Below, piece by piece: positions 1-8,563 of a stretch of 52,277 bases of DNA. Position 1 is the stretch's first letter. Each line of letters starts with the position of its first letter. The notes under the pieces are model-generated. The model was not told the origin of the DNA, ran no database searches, and worked only from the letters and a program-made list of their open reading frames with translations. The translations under genes were made by a program, and so were the position numbers. This DNA is from Deltaproteobacteria bacterium (GTDB taxonomy: Bacteria > Myxococcota > JACRCW01), in contig JACRCW010000051.1 of assembly GCA_016218805.1 (NCBI GenBank), positions 1 through 52,277 on the forward strand. Direction: 5' to 3'.

Positions 1-2
1 CA

Positions 3-1244
3 CAACGCGGCCAATCTCATTGCAATGATATTCCTCTGCTGCTCTGGTCTTGTTCTCCAATCAGTCCACAAGACCCCGGTTCCTGCATGACATCTCACTA
101 CGGAGCCACGACGTGCCTCACCCAATTGTCAGGAGAACCGGAATGCGCGCTGTTTGGGCGGTGCCGCCGCGCCACGTATCTTGGCGCCGCAGGGTGCGTG
201 GGTGACGACGGCCGCCAGGATGCGTACCCACTCCGGTGCGTCTCATCACCCGGCTGCGAGCAGGAGGACCGCTGCCTGCGCGCGCCTGACAACCGCTGCG
301 TGCGGCGCGACGATGTCATCTCTCCGCCCGCAGCAAAACCGGAAGCGCCACCTGCACGGGTGCCAGCGGAACTCCCGCCCAGCTCCATGACCGCCACGCT
401 GGATGGCCGCCCGGTCCTGCTGACCCACGCGGTGGCGTGGACAACCGGCGGGCGCGCGCTCCAGGTCGTGCTGGCCGATCATGCGCTGGACTGCACCGAC
501 GTCACCGGCGAAGCGCGCCAGGACCGGCGGGCGGGCAGCACCATTGAGCTGCAGCTCGCCCCGCTGCTGCTGGAGCGACACCGGGCCGGCGTGCCCTCAC
601 AGTGGCGCCGTCCGGCGGCCGACACCTGGCGGGTGACCCGCGCCCGCTGGCCGGGCGGAGTGGGCGCGGACCTGAACGCCCCGGTCACCGTGGAGCAGGC
701 CCTCCAACGCGCCGGCGACGGCCGTCTGGTCCTGGACACGACGCTGCGATTCGCTCCGGGTGCCGGAAGCACACTCACGCTCGCCGGTACGATGTCCGTG
801 CGCGGCTGTGGTGACCGTCCGCAGCCCGGGCGCACACTGGAGCACGCGCCGCGCGTCACCCTGGATGGCGAGTCCATCCCAATCCGCGGCGCCACCTTCC
901 GGCGCAACCTGGACGGCCCGGGGAGCTGGCTGCTGACGCTGGGTGATGCGCCCGCGCGCTGCCGTGGCGACGAGAGCGACGTGCAGGTCCTGGTGCGCGC
1001 GTTTGCGCCCGGAGGGAAACCGGAGCGCCCGCGGTGGCTCGGGGTGGGCGTGGCGGGACGGAGACTGGGGACGGAGGTCCTGGCGCAGCGGCGCTTCCCC
1101 TCCCAGCTTCCTGCCAACCCCGCCCGCGGCGAAGACCAGACCGTGACACTGGAGGTCAACCTCCCGGCGGAAGACGACGACCGCGCGCCCCTGCACCTGG
1201 GAATTGCCGGCACCGTCCAAGCGGTGGACTGTGACGCCCGTTGA
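3..1244 (+). CDS. Hypothetical Cys-rich (probably exported/lipo-) protein, possibly 5'-truncated
   Basis: The ORF track starts at ATG 87, but the frame is open back to position 3. Two myxobacterial-type Cys motifs (ECALFGRC, GCEQEDRC), a Pro-rich linker and two similar beta-rich domains (ATLDGRPV.. / VTLDGESIP..). Confidence 0.6.
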   Translation, partial: QRGQSHCNDIPLLLWSCSPISPQDPGSCMTSHYGATTCLTQLSGEPECALFGRCRRATYLGAAGCVGDDGRQDAYPLRCVSSPGCEQEDRCLRAPDNRCVRRDDVISPPAAKPEAPPARVPAELPPSSMTATLDGRPVLLTHAVAWTTGGRALQVVLADHALDCTDVTGEARQDRRAGSTIELQLAPLLLERHRAGVPSQWRRPAADTWRVTRARWPGGVGADLNAPVTVEQALQRAGDGRLVLDTTLRFAPGAGSTLTLAGTMSVRGCGDRPQPGRTLEHAPRVTLDGESIPIRGATFRRNLDGPGSWLLTLGDAPARCRGDESDVQVLVRAFAPGGKPERPRWLGVGVAGRRLGTEVLAQRRFPSQLPANPARGEDQTVTLEVNLPAEDDDRAPLHLGIAGTVQAVDCDAR

Positions 1245-1351
1245 GCGGCGGGTCAGGTCGTCAATGCGGACGTTGCGGTCTTTTCGGGCCGAAGCAGCGA
1301 TGTCCGCGTGATGGCGCACCACGCAGCCGTGTCGGCCGGACCGGACGCGTC

Positions 1352-1382
1352 TTGACGCACCAGAATGCCCGCATCATGATGC
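1352..1382 (+). promoter_or_regulatory. sigma70-type promoter of vapBC with palindromic operator
   Basis: TTGACG (1352-1357), 17-bp spacer, CATGAT (1375-1380). Perfect palindrome GCATCATGATGC (1371-1382) overlaps the -10, with a second imperfect copy GCACCAGAATGC (1357-1368). The ATG at 1387 falls at about +1, suggesting a leaderless mRNA. Confidence 0.65.
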
Positions 1383-1386
1383 GTCC

Positions 1387-1650
1387 ATGCGAACCACCAT
1401 GACGATCGACGAGGATCTGCTGCGACGGCTCCGGGACCTTGCCCACCGCACGCATCGCAGCCTCAAAGACGTCACCAACGACGTGCTCCGGCGTGGTCTT
1501 TCATCGGCCAAGGGTGGCCCCACCACCCCATTCCGCGTTGAGCCGCTGAAGATCCACCTGCGCCCGGGCATGGATCCCGACCGGATGAACCAGCTCGCGG
1601 ACGAACTCGACACCGAGGTGCGCGCCACAAAACTACGGCGACACCGATGA
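1387..1650 (+). CDS. vapB: VapB-type antitoxin (RHH/CopG-like)
   Basis: N-terminus MRTTMTIDEDLL..LKDVTNDVLRRGL is typical of VapB; ATGA overlap with a PIN gene. Confidence 0.9.
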   Translation: MRTTMTIDEDLLRRLRDLAHRTHRSLKDVTNDVLRRGLSSAKGGPTTPFRVEPLKIHLRPGMDPDRMNQLADELDTEVRATKLRRHR

Positions 1651-2084
1651 TTCTCCCCGACATCAACCTGCTGCTCTACGCCTACGATTCCAGCGCGCCG
1701 GTACATCCCGCCGCGGCGCGCTGGTGGCAAGACTGCTTGTCCGGAAGCGAGCCGGTCGGGCTCGCCGCCGTCGTCGTTTTCGGGTTTGTCAGGCTGTCGA
1801 CCAACCCGCGCGTGTACTCCCCAGCAGCTTCCGTGCACGATGCCGCGGCGCGGGTCAGGAGTTGGCTCGCACGTCCCCAGGTGGAACTCCTGCAACCGGG
1901 GCCGCGTCACGTGGAAACAGCACTGAACTGGTTGGAGGCCGTGGGCGTGGGGGCCAACCTCACCACGGACGCCCAGATCGCCGCCACGGCCATGGAGTAC
2001 GACGCCACCGTCCACACCACCGACGCGGACTTTGCGCGGTTCCCCGGCCTCCGCTGGGTGAACCCGCTCCTGCCGCGACGGTGA
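1647..2084 (+). CDS. vapC: VapC PIN-domain ribonuclease toxin
   Basis: MILPDINLLLYA, DAQIAA and TTDADFARFPGL PIN-domain motifs. Confidence 0.93.
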   Translation: MILPDINLLLYAYDSSAPVHPAAARWWQDCLSGSEPVGLAAVVVFGFVRLSTNPRVYSPAASVHDAAARVRSWLARPQVELLQPGPRHVETALNWLEAVGVGANLTTDAQIAATAMEYDATVHTTDADFARFPGLRWVNPLLPRR

Positions 2085-2294
2085 CCCGGGACCCGCCTGA
2101 CCGGTCCCCTGACCGACCGACGACGGAGTTCGCCGGGCTTTGAACGCGCGGATCTCATCCGCAAAGGAATGCTCAAGCTTCCCGTGCCGCCACCCCGTCC
2201 CGGGTGACGCTGCGTCACTTTTTCGCGCCGCCGTGTCCCTGATCCGCCCGCAGTGGCGACGTCACATGCACCCCGACCCCGCCCCAGCTATTTT

Positions 2295-2313
2295 GATATT
2301 GAAAGTCATTTTC
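2295..2313 (+). promoter_or_regulatory. Fur box upstream of feoAB
   Basis: GATATTGAAAGTCATTTTC matches the Fur consensus GATAATGATAATCATTATC at 15/19. It is an AT-rich island 33 bp upstream of the feoA ATG. Confidence 0.8.
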
Positions 2314-2346
2314 AACATGGCTAGGATGCCTCCACGGAGCGGTGCC

Positions 2347-2646
2347 ATGGACCTGGGCGAAGCGGTGCGCGGTCGAGTGCTGGTGGTGGAGAAGGTGGGC
2401 GGGGAGCGCGGCTTCCGGCGCCGGCTCATGGAACTGGGGTTGGTGCCGGGCACACGCGTGGAGGTGGTGAGCGTGGCGCCGCTGGGTGACCCGCTGGAGC
2501 TGCTGGTGCGCGGCTGCAGCCTGTCCATCCGCCGCCGTGAAGCGGAGCGGGTGCGCGTGACCGCCAAGGGCGCCACCGCACCGCAGGCGACCACGGTCAC
2601 CCCGGTCCCCGACGACACGCTGGAGCCGGCCGGCTCGGGTTGCTGA
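2347..2646 (+). CDS. feoA: Ferrous iron transport protein A
   Basis: RRRLMELGLVPGTRVEV..APLGDPLEL.VRG..LSIRRREA FeoA signature; start reassigned to ATG 2347. Confidence 0.93.
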   Translation: MDLGEAVRGRVLVVEKVGGERGFRRRLMELGLVPGTRVEVVSVAPLGDPLELLVRGCSLSIRRREAERVRVTAKGATAPQATTVTPVPDDTLEPAGSGC

Positions 2647-2650
2647 GGGC

Positions 2651-4783
2651 ATGGATGCTTCCGCCCAGCTGGAGCCCGCCGGCGCGCTGCACCCGTCGGT
2701 GCGCCCGCTCGTGGTGGTCGTTGGCAACCCCAACGTGGGGAAGACCAGCCTGTTCAACCTGCTCACCGGCCAGAACGCGCGCGTGGGCAACTATCCCGGC
2801 ATCACGGTGGAGCGGCGCTCCGGGACGGTGCGGCTGGCGGGCCCACCCGGCGCGGCGGACCTGGAAGCGGAGCTCGTTGACATCCCGGGCACCTATTCGC
2901 TGAGTGCGCGCTCTGCGGAGGAACAGCTCGCCATTGACGCCATCCTGGGACTCAACGGGAACCCGCCGCCCGCCCTGGTGGTGCTGGTGCTGGACGCGGG
3001 GCAGTTGGCGCGCAACCTCTACCTGGCGGTGCAGCTCGCGGAGCTGCGCGTCCCGTTTCTCATTGCGCTCAACATGATTGATGAGACGCGGGCCAATCCG
3101 CCGGATCCGGTGGCGCTGGCGGCCACGCTGGGCGTGCCGTGCGTGGCCACCAGCGCGCGCACCGGCACGGGCATGCTGGAGTTGCGCCATGCGGTGTTTG
3201 CAGCGCTGGCGCACCCGCCGCACCCGCGCGTGACCGTGCCCTATCCCGCGGCGCTCCGCCAGGACGTGGACCGCGTGGCCGCCGCCCTGCCGGATGCGTG
3301 GCGCGCGCCGGGCCGGGAGCATGCGCTGGCTCTGTGGGCCCTCACCAGCCTGGATGACGGGGACGAATTGCGTGGCATTGATCCCGCGCTGCGGGAGCGC
3401 GTGCGGCAGGTGCGTGCGGCTGCCGCGGAACGGGATATCGACGAGGAGACGGTGGCCGCGCGTTACTCGTTCATAGACGCCGCGGTGCCGGCGCTGTACC
3501 GCTCCGTGGACACGCACCCGCGCAAGCACCCGCTCTCCGAGCGCGTGGACCGCGTGCTGTTGCATCCGGTGGCGGGATTCCTGGTGTTCATCACCGTGAT
3601 GCTGGGCGTGTTCCACGCGCTGTTTGCAGGGGCGGACCCGGCCATTGCGCTCATTGAGCGCGCGTTTGGGGGGATGGCGGACCTGGCGCGCGCGTACCTG
3701 CCGGACGGGTGGCTGCGGGATGCGCTGACGGAGGGCGTGATCAGCGGGGTGGGAAATGTCGTCGTATTCCTGCCGCAGATCCTGCTGCTGTTCCTGTTCA
3801 TCGGGTTGCTGGAGGACTCGGGCTACATGGCGCGCGTTGCCTTCCTGATGGACCGCGTGATGAACGTGCTGGGACTCCACGGGCGGTCCTTTGTGCCCAT
3901 GCTCTCCGGGTTTGCGTGCGCGGTGCCGGCCATCCTGGCCACGCGCACCATGGAGCGGCAGCGGGACCGGCTGCTCACCATGATGGTGGTGCCGCTGATG
4001 ACGTGTTCCGCGCGGCTGCCGGTGTACACGCTGGTCATTGGTGCGCTGCTTCCGCCGGAGGCGGCCACCGCCACCATGGTGGGCATGTACGTGCTGTCCA
4101 TTGTCATGACGCTGCTGGCGGCGGCGGTGCTGGGCCGCACGGTGATCCGCGGAAGACGCATGCCGCTGATCCTGGAGCTGCCGCCCTACCGCTTGCCCAG
4201 CCTCCCGTCGGTGCTGCACATGATGCGCGAACGCGCCATGGGTTTCCTGCGCGAGGCAGGCACGGTGATCCTCGCCTGCACGCTGGTGCTGTGGGCGCTG
4301 CTGAGCGTGCCCGCGCCGGGTGCGCCGCTGATCACCGGGGACGGTCCGGCGGAACACGCGCTGCGGTTGGAGCACAGCGTCGCTGGGACCATTGGCCGCA
4401 CACTGGAGCCCGCGCTGGAACCGCTGGGATTTGACTGGCGCATTGGCGTGGCGCTGTTTGGCGCCTTTGCCGCGCGGGAGGTGTTTGTCTCCACCATGGC
4501 GCTGGTGTTTGGCGTGGGTGATGTGGATGAAGAAGCCCTGCCGCTGCGCGAACGCATCCGCGCCGAGGTCCGCCCCGACGGGTCACGCGCGTACCGGCCG
4601 CTCACCGGATTGTCCCTGCTGGTGTTCTTTGCGCTCGCCTGCCAGTGCATGAGCACGCTGGCGGTGGTGCGGCGGGAGACGCGCACCTGGCGGTGGCCCG
4701 CGTTCCTCTTTGGTTACATGACGGCGCTGGCGTGGCTGTGCAGCTTTGCCGTCTGGCAAGTGGGCACGCGCCTGGGGTTCTGA
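2651..4783 (+). CDS. feoB: Ferrous iron transport protein B
   Basis: G1 GNPNVGKT, GNYPGITVE, DIPGTYSL, NMID, gate motifs (LLEDSGYMAR, GFACAVPA, CSARLPVY, AREVFVST). Confidence 0.97.
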   Translation: MDASAQLEPAGALHPSVRPLVVVVGNPNVGKTSLFNLLTGQNARVGNYPGITVERRSGTVRLAGPPGAADLEAELVDIPGTYSLSARSAEEQLAIDAILGLNGNPPPALVVLVLDAGQLARNLYLAVQLAELRVPFLIALNMIDETRANPPDPVALAATLGVPCVATSARTGTGMLELRHAVFAALAHPPHPRVTVPYPAALRQDVDRVAAALPDAWRAPGREHALALWALTSLDDGDELRGIDPALRERVRQVRAAAAERDIDEETVAARYSFIDAAVPALYRSVDTHPRKHPLSERVDRVLLHPVAGFLVFITVMLGVFHALFAGADPAIALIERAFGGMADLARAYLPDGWLRDALTEGVISGVGNVVVFLPQILLLFLFIGLLEDSGYMARVAFLMDRVMNVLGLHGRSFVPMLSGFACAVPAILATRTMERQRDRLLTMMVVPLMTCSARLPVYTLVIGALLPPEAATATMVGMYVLSIVMTLLAAAVLGRTVIRGRRMPLILELPPYRLPSLPSVLHMMRERAMGFLREAGTVILACTLVLWALLSVPAPGAPLITGDGPAEHALRLEHSVAGTIGRTLEPALEPLGFDWRIGVALFGAFAAREVFVSTMALVFGVGDVDEEALPLRERIRAEVRPDGSRAYRPLTGLSLLVFFALACQCMSTLAVVRRETRTWRWPAFLFGYMTALAWLCSFAVWQVGTRLGF

Positions 4784-4838
4784 TTGTCACGGTTGAGCCC
4801 GTGCCGCGTCCGGGCAACCACGCTAGGAACCGGTGGCC

Positions 4839-5735
4839 ATGGTTGCTGCCATCGCTGTTGCCAAGCTGGCCAAATCCTACGGAGCCGTCCAGGCGCTCCG
4901 CAGCGTGGACCTGACCGTTGAGCCGGGCGAAATCTTCGGCTTTCTGGGCCCCAACGGCTCCGGCAAGACCACCGCCATCCGCTGCATGCTGGACCTCATC
5001 CGCCCCTCCAGCGGCACCGTCCGGATCTTTGGCCTGGACCCGCGCGGGCACAGCCGCCAGTGCCGCGAACGGGTGGGTTACCTGCCGGGGGAACTGCACC
5101 TGGACGACAACGAGACGGCGGAGAACGCATTGCGGCTGTTCCAGGCGCTGCGCGGCAGGAAGACGGACTGGACGCGCGTCACGTCCATGGCCGAGCGCCT
5201 GAAGTTGGACCTGTGGCGTCCCATCAAGACGCACTCCCGAGGCAACAAGCAGAAGGTGGGGGTCATCCAGGCGCTGATGCACCAGACGGACCTGCTCCTG
5301 CTGGACGAGCCCACCAGCGGCCTTGATCCGCTGATGCAGCACGCGGTGCTGGATCTGATTCGGGATGCGCGTACGCGTGGCGCCACGGTGTTCTTCTCGT
5401 CACACGTGCTCAGCGAGGTGGAAGCCATCAGTGACCGCGTGGCCATCATCCGGCGCGGTGAGATCGTCGAGGTCACGCGGACGGAGTCATTGCTGGCGCG
5501 TGCTGCGCGCCGCGTGACCGTCCGCTTCCGGGAAGCCGTTGACCTGGCGCGCCTGCCGGACCTCACGTGCGTGAAGCAGCGGTCCCAGCCGTCTCCGACC
5601 GAGTGGCTGCTTGAGACGCGTGGAGAACTTGACGTCCTCATCCGTACGCTCGCCACGCTGCCGATAGCCGACATGGACACGGAACGGCCGTCCCTGGAGG
5701 AGATCTTCCGCGGTTATTACGAGGACGCGCCATGA
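4839..5735 (+). CDS. ABC-2 type transporter ATP-binding protein
   Basis: Walker A GPNGSGKT, signature HSRGNKQK, Walker B LLLDEPTSGLD, SSH switch. Confidence 0.92.
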   Translation: MVAAIAVAKLAKSYGAVQALRSVDLTVEPGEIFGFLGPNGSGKTTAIRCMLDLIRPSSGTVRIFGLDPRGHSRQCRERVGYLPGELHLDDNETAENALRLFQALRGRKTDWTRVTSMAERLKLDLWRPIKTHSRGNKQKVGVIQALMHQTDLLLLDEPTSGLDPLMQHAVLDLIRDARTRGATVFFSSHVLSEVEAISDRVAIIRRGEIVEVTRTESLLARAARRVTVRFREAVDLARLPDLTCVKQRSQPSPTEWLLETRGELDVLIRTLATLPIADMDTERPSLEEIFRGYYEDAP

Positions 5736-6562
5736 GGACCCTGTTCTTCCACCAGGCACGCCGGCTCACGTGGCACGTGGCGGGCTGGGGTGGCGTGGTG
5801 ATGTTGGTGAGCGTTCTTGTCGCCACCACGTATCCCATGGTGGTCAAACAGGCCGCCCAGCTGATGCAGCTGATCCGGGGGCTGCCGCCGCAGTTGACCG
5901 CGTTCATCGGTGACCCGTCGCAGTTCACCGATCCACATGGGTACCTGGCGCTGCGATTGCACTCGTTTCTGCCGTTTGCGATGGGATTGTATGCAATTGT
6001 TGCCGGCAGCGCGCTGGTGGCGGCCGACGAGGAGAAGGGCTTCCTGGACCTGCTGCTTGCCTACCCGGTTCCGCGGCTGGCGCTGTTCTTTGCGCGTGTT
6101 GCCGCGCTGCTGATTGCCATGAGCGCGATTGCACTGCTGGGTTGGGTGGGCCTGCTGATGGCGCTGCCAGCCAGTGGCATGGAGGTCGAGCCGCTGGCGC
6201 TGCTTGCGCCGTTCGTTTCGCTGGTGGGCGTGATGGCGTGTCTGTCGGCGCTGGCGCTGTTGTTGACCAACCTCCTCCCGTCGCGGCGCGCGTCAGCGTC
6301 GCTGGCCGGTGCGGTCCTTGTTGCCAGCTTCTTCCTCAGCGCCCTGTCCCGGCTGGATGAGCGCCTGCTGCCGTTTGCACGGGCGCTGCCGCTGCACCAC
6401 TTTGACAGCAACGCGCAGGGCGCAGGGCTCAATCTGACCAACGTGGCGCTGCTGTGGGGGAGCACGGCCATCATGCTTGCGCTGGCCGCGTGGCGGTTTC
6501 AGACGCGGGACATCCGCGTGGCGGGCGAGGGCGTGCTCCTGCGGCGTCGGAAGACGAGCTGA
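5732..6562 (+). CDS. ABC-2 type transporter permease
   Basis: About 6 hydrophobic segments, ADEEKGFLDLLLAYPVPR motif, C-terminal FQTRDI; ATGA overlap with the ATPase. Confidence 0.88.
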   Translation: MRTLFFHQARRLTWHVAGWGGVVMLVSVLVATTYPMVVKQAAQLMQLIRGLPPQLTAFIGDPSQFTDPHGYLALRLHSFLPFAMGLYAIVAGSALVAADEEKGFLDLLLAYPVPRLALFFARVAALLIAMSAIALLGWVGLLMALPASGMEVEPLALLAPFVSLVGVMACLSALALLLTNLLPSRRASASLAGAVLVASFFLSALSRLDERLLPFARALPLHHFDSNAQGAGLNLTNVALLWGSTAIMLALAAWRFQTRDIRVAGEGVLLRRRKTS

Positions 6563-6604
6563 CCGGAACGCAGCCGCACCTGCGCGTCGTCCGGACCATG
6601 GCGC

Positions 6605-7198
6605 TCAATCCCTGCGCCCCAAGGACTCTTCCAGGCCCTCCGCGGCGTCGAGGTTGTCCATCAGCTTGGCCATCGCCTTCTTGTAGGCTTCACGCAAGGC
6701 CGCTTCACCGTCCGTCTGACCCAGCACACTGGCGCGCTCTACGCACTTGCGCCCCGACGTTTTCCATCCCTGTTCTCCGGTCCGGCCTGCCACCGTTGCG
6801 CTGAGTTCAACGCAAGCCGTCCAGGTGGTGACCACCTGACTGATCGCGGCGGAGAATTCCCGCACGTGCACGGACAGGCGGATGTCGCCGTCATCATCCA
6901 CGGCGACTCCTGCCGCCTCCAGGTGACGCCGCAGGGCATCTTCCACGCCCGCCACCACGTCCTTGCTATGGTCCTTGTCCTTGCGCTTGTCCTTCACGCT
7001 GACCTTCACCTTGTGGCCCTGCAGCGCCTTCAAAGGCAGCGTTTCCACATCACGGTCGGAAAGAACCGCGTCCTTGCGCGAAAACACGCCGCTCGGCCCG
7101 ATGTAGAAGCAGGCAGATATCCCCAGGCACCAGGCAAGCCCCGTCATTCCTCCGATTCGGACCAACCGGTGCATCCTTCCAGATGCGGCACCCAGCAT
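6605..7198 (-). CDS. Hypothetical lipoprotein (YajG-like)
   Basis: GGAGG RBS; lipobox-like GISAC; VSVKDKR..VEDALRRHL..G pattern resembles YajG/ABC-auxiliary folds. Confidence 0.6.
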   Translation of the reverse strand: MLGAASGRMHRLVRIGGMTGLAWCLGISACFYIGPSGVFSRKDAVLSDRDVETLPLKALQGHKVKVSVKDKRKDKDHSKDVVAGVEDALRRHLEAAGVAVDDDGDIRLSVHVREFSAAISQVVTTWTACVELSATVAGRTGEQGWKTSGRKCVERASVLGQTDGEAALREAYKKAMAKLMDNLDAAEGLEESLGRRD

Positions 7199-7455
7199 TG
7201 CACCCTCCCGTTGTAGTTGCGTGACGCTGCGGACATTGCCCCGGTTTCGTTCGGCTGTCGAGAAAGTGCGTCAACGTTTGGGCGCGAGCTCCGCCGGCCA
7301 GCATCGCGGTGGCAGTGGTGTGTTCAGTGTGGGGCCGGCGGTGGAGTCGAGCCGGCGTTGTCCGCCAACAGCGCCCCGCAGAGCGGTGGCGCATCGCTTG
7401 CTTGGCGGGGGCCCCTGCTCAAGGGCGACGCCGCCCACCTCAGGAGGACCCGGTC

Positions 7456-8220
7456 ATGAAGGCGTGGAAGACGTTGCATTCATCGGTAGTCTTGGCATTC
7501 CCGGCGTTGCTGGCGTGCGGCGCGGCCGCGGACCGGGAGCGCCCATTGGAGGACTTCAGCCGCGGCACGCTGGTCTACCATCTGCGGGGGGAGGGCGCCG
7601 CGGCACGGGTCCACGTCGGGATCAATGATCTGGGTGACTCGCCCACGCTGGGATGCCTCCGCCTCAGGAACGCCGCCGCCAACATCAACGGCCAGCCCAT
7701 GGAAGTGATCTGGCCCGGTGGTGAAATGACGTTCAACGAGGAGTTTGGTGCGGATTCCTCCCGCTGTTACCCGCCGGAGTTTGCTGCGGACATGGTTGGC
7801 CTTGATGCGGCGCAGCCAGCGCTTGTCCAGGTCACCGACGGGAGCACGACCTTTGAGATGCGTGTGCCGGGAGGGTTGGCAGCTGCCGGCCTGCGGGCGG
7901 TGAATCCAACCGGGCAACCAGGCGCAGCGTTGGAGTTGGAGCTGGTGCCCGCCAGTGACCGGCTTGACTCCCGCGAAACCGTCCACGTTTGGTGGAGCGC
8001 CGAGCAGGGTGAACCGCGCGAACAGGTCGTGACCCGCGCGGATGGTAACCGCATCTTTGTGCGAATGACGGCGGACGCGGCCACCGGCCCCGGGGAGATC
8101 TCTGTGTGGGGTGATTCGCACCCGCTGGCCGCTTTGATGGCGGTGGAAACCTGTGCGGGGTTTGCCCAATGCGACGCGGTCCGCGTGGCCGCCCGGGTGG
8201 GCCTGGTCCGTTTGGATTGA
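7456..8220 (+). CDS. Hypothetical lipoprotein
   Basis: AGGAGG RBS before ATG 7456; signal peptide ending LLAC. Confidence 0.7.
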   Translation: MKAWKTLHSSVVLAFPALLACGAAADRERPLEDFSRGTLVYHLRGEGAAARVHVGINDLGDSPTLGCLRLRNAAANINGQPMEVIWPGGEMTFNEEFGADSSRCYPPEFAADMVGLDAAQPALVQVTDGSTTFEMRVPGGLAAAGLRAVNPTGQPGAALELELVPASDRLDSRETVHVWWSAEQGEPREQVVTRADGNRIFVRMTADAATGPGEISVWGDSHPLAALMAVETCAGFAQCDAVRVAARVGLVRLD

Positions 8221-8297
8221 GGGCGTGCGACGGTCCTGGGAGTTTCGCCCGGTCAGGCACGGACGGCGCGGACTGTTGTGACGCCGGCGTCTGCTAT

Positions 8298-8437
8298 GGG
8301 CTGAGGCGGATCCAAGTCTGAGCCGGCATCTGTTCTGCGAATGCCACATCCGAACTGCATGAACGCGAGGCGTTCATGCAGTTCGGACGTGACATCCGTG
8401 GAACAGATGCCGGCTCAGACTTGGATCCACCTCGCCC
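8298..8437. repeat. 140-nt near-perfect inverted repeat (long hairpin, 3-nt loop)
   Basis: Perfect 28-bp stem 8308-8335/8401-8428, perfect 18-bp stem 8349-8366/8370-8387, loop GAG, and a 13-bp middle segment with 5 transition mismatches. Confidence 0.95.
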
Positions 8438-8563
8438 TGGAGGGACAGCCGTTTCCGTGATGCGTGCGTGACGACGCTGCCTTGCAGCACCACGGCCCGC
8501 TCAGGATGGGATCCGCCTTGGGGACACTCGCGGTGCGGCGGAACATGGGGCATCCTCCCGCCC

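Noticed and set aside
2140..2346. Long N-terminal extension of FeoA, and similar extensions of coaD, DUF2267, tlpA and the 42851 and 18443 genes
   Set aside because: The extensions run through promoters, the Fur box or neighbouring genes; homology and RBS evidence support later starts.
8298..8437. Intact retron or simple rho-independent terminator
   Set aside because: No reverse transcriptase nearby; the stem is far too long and lacks a U-tract for a terminator.
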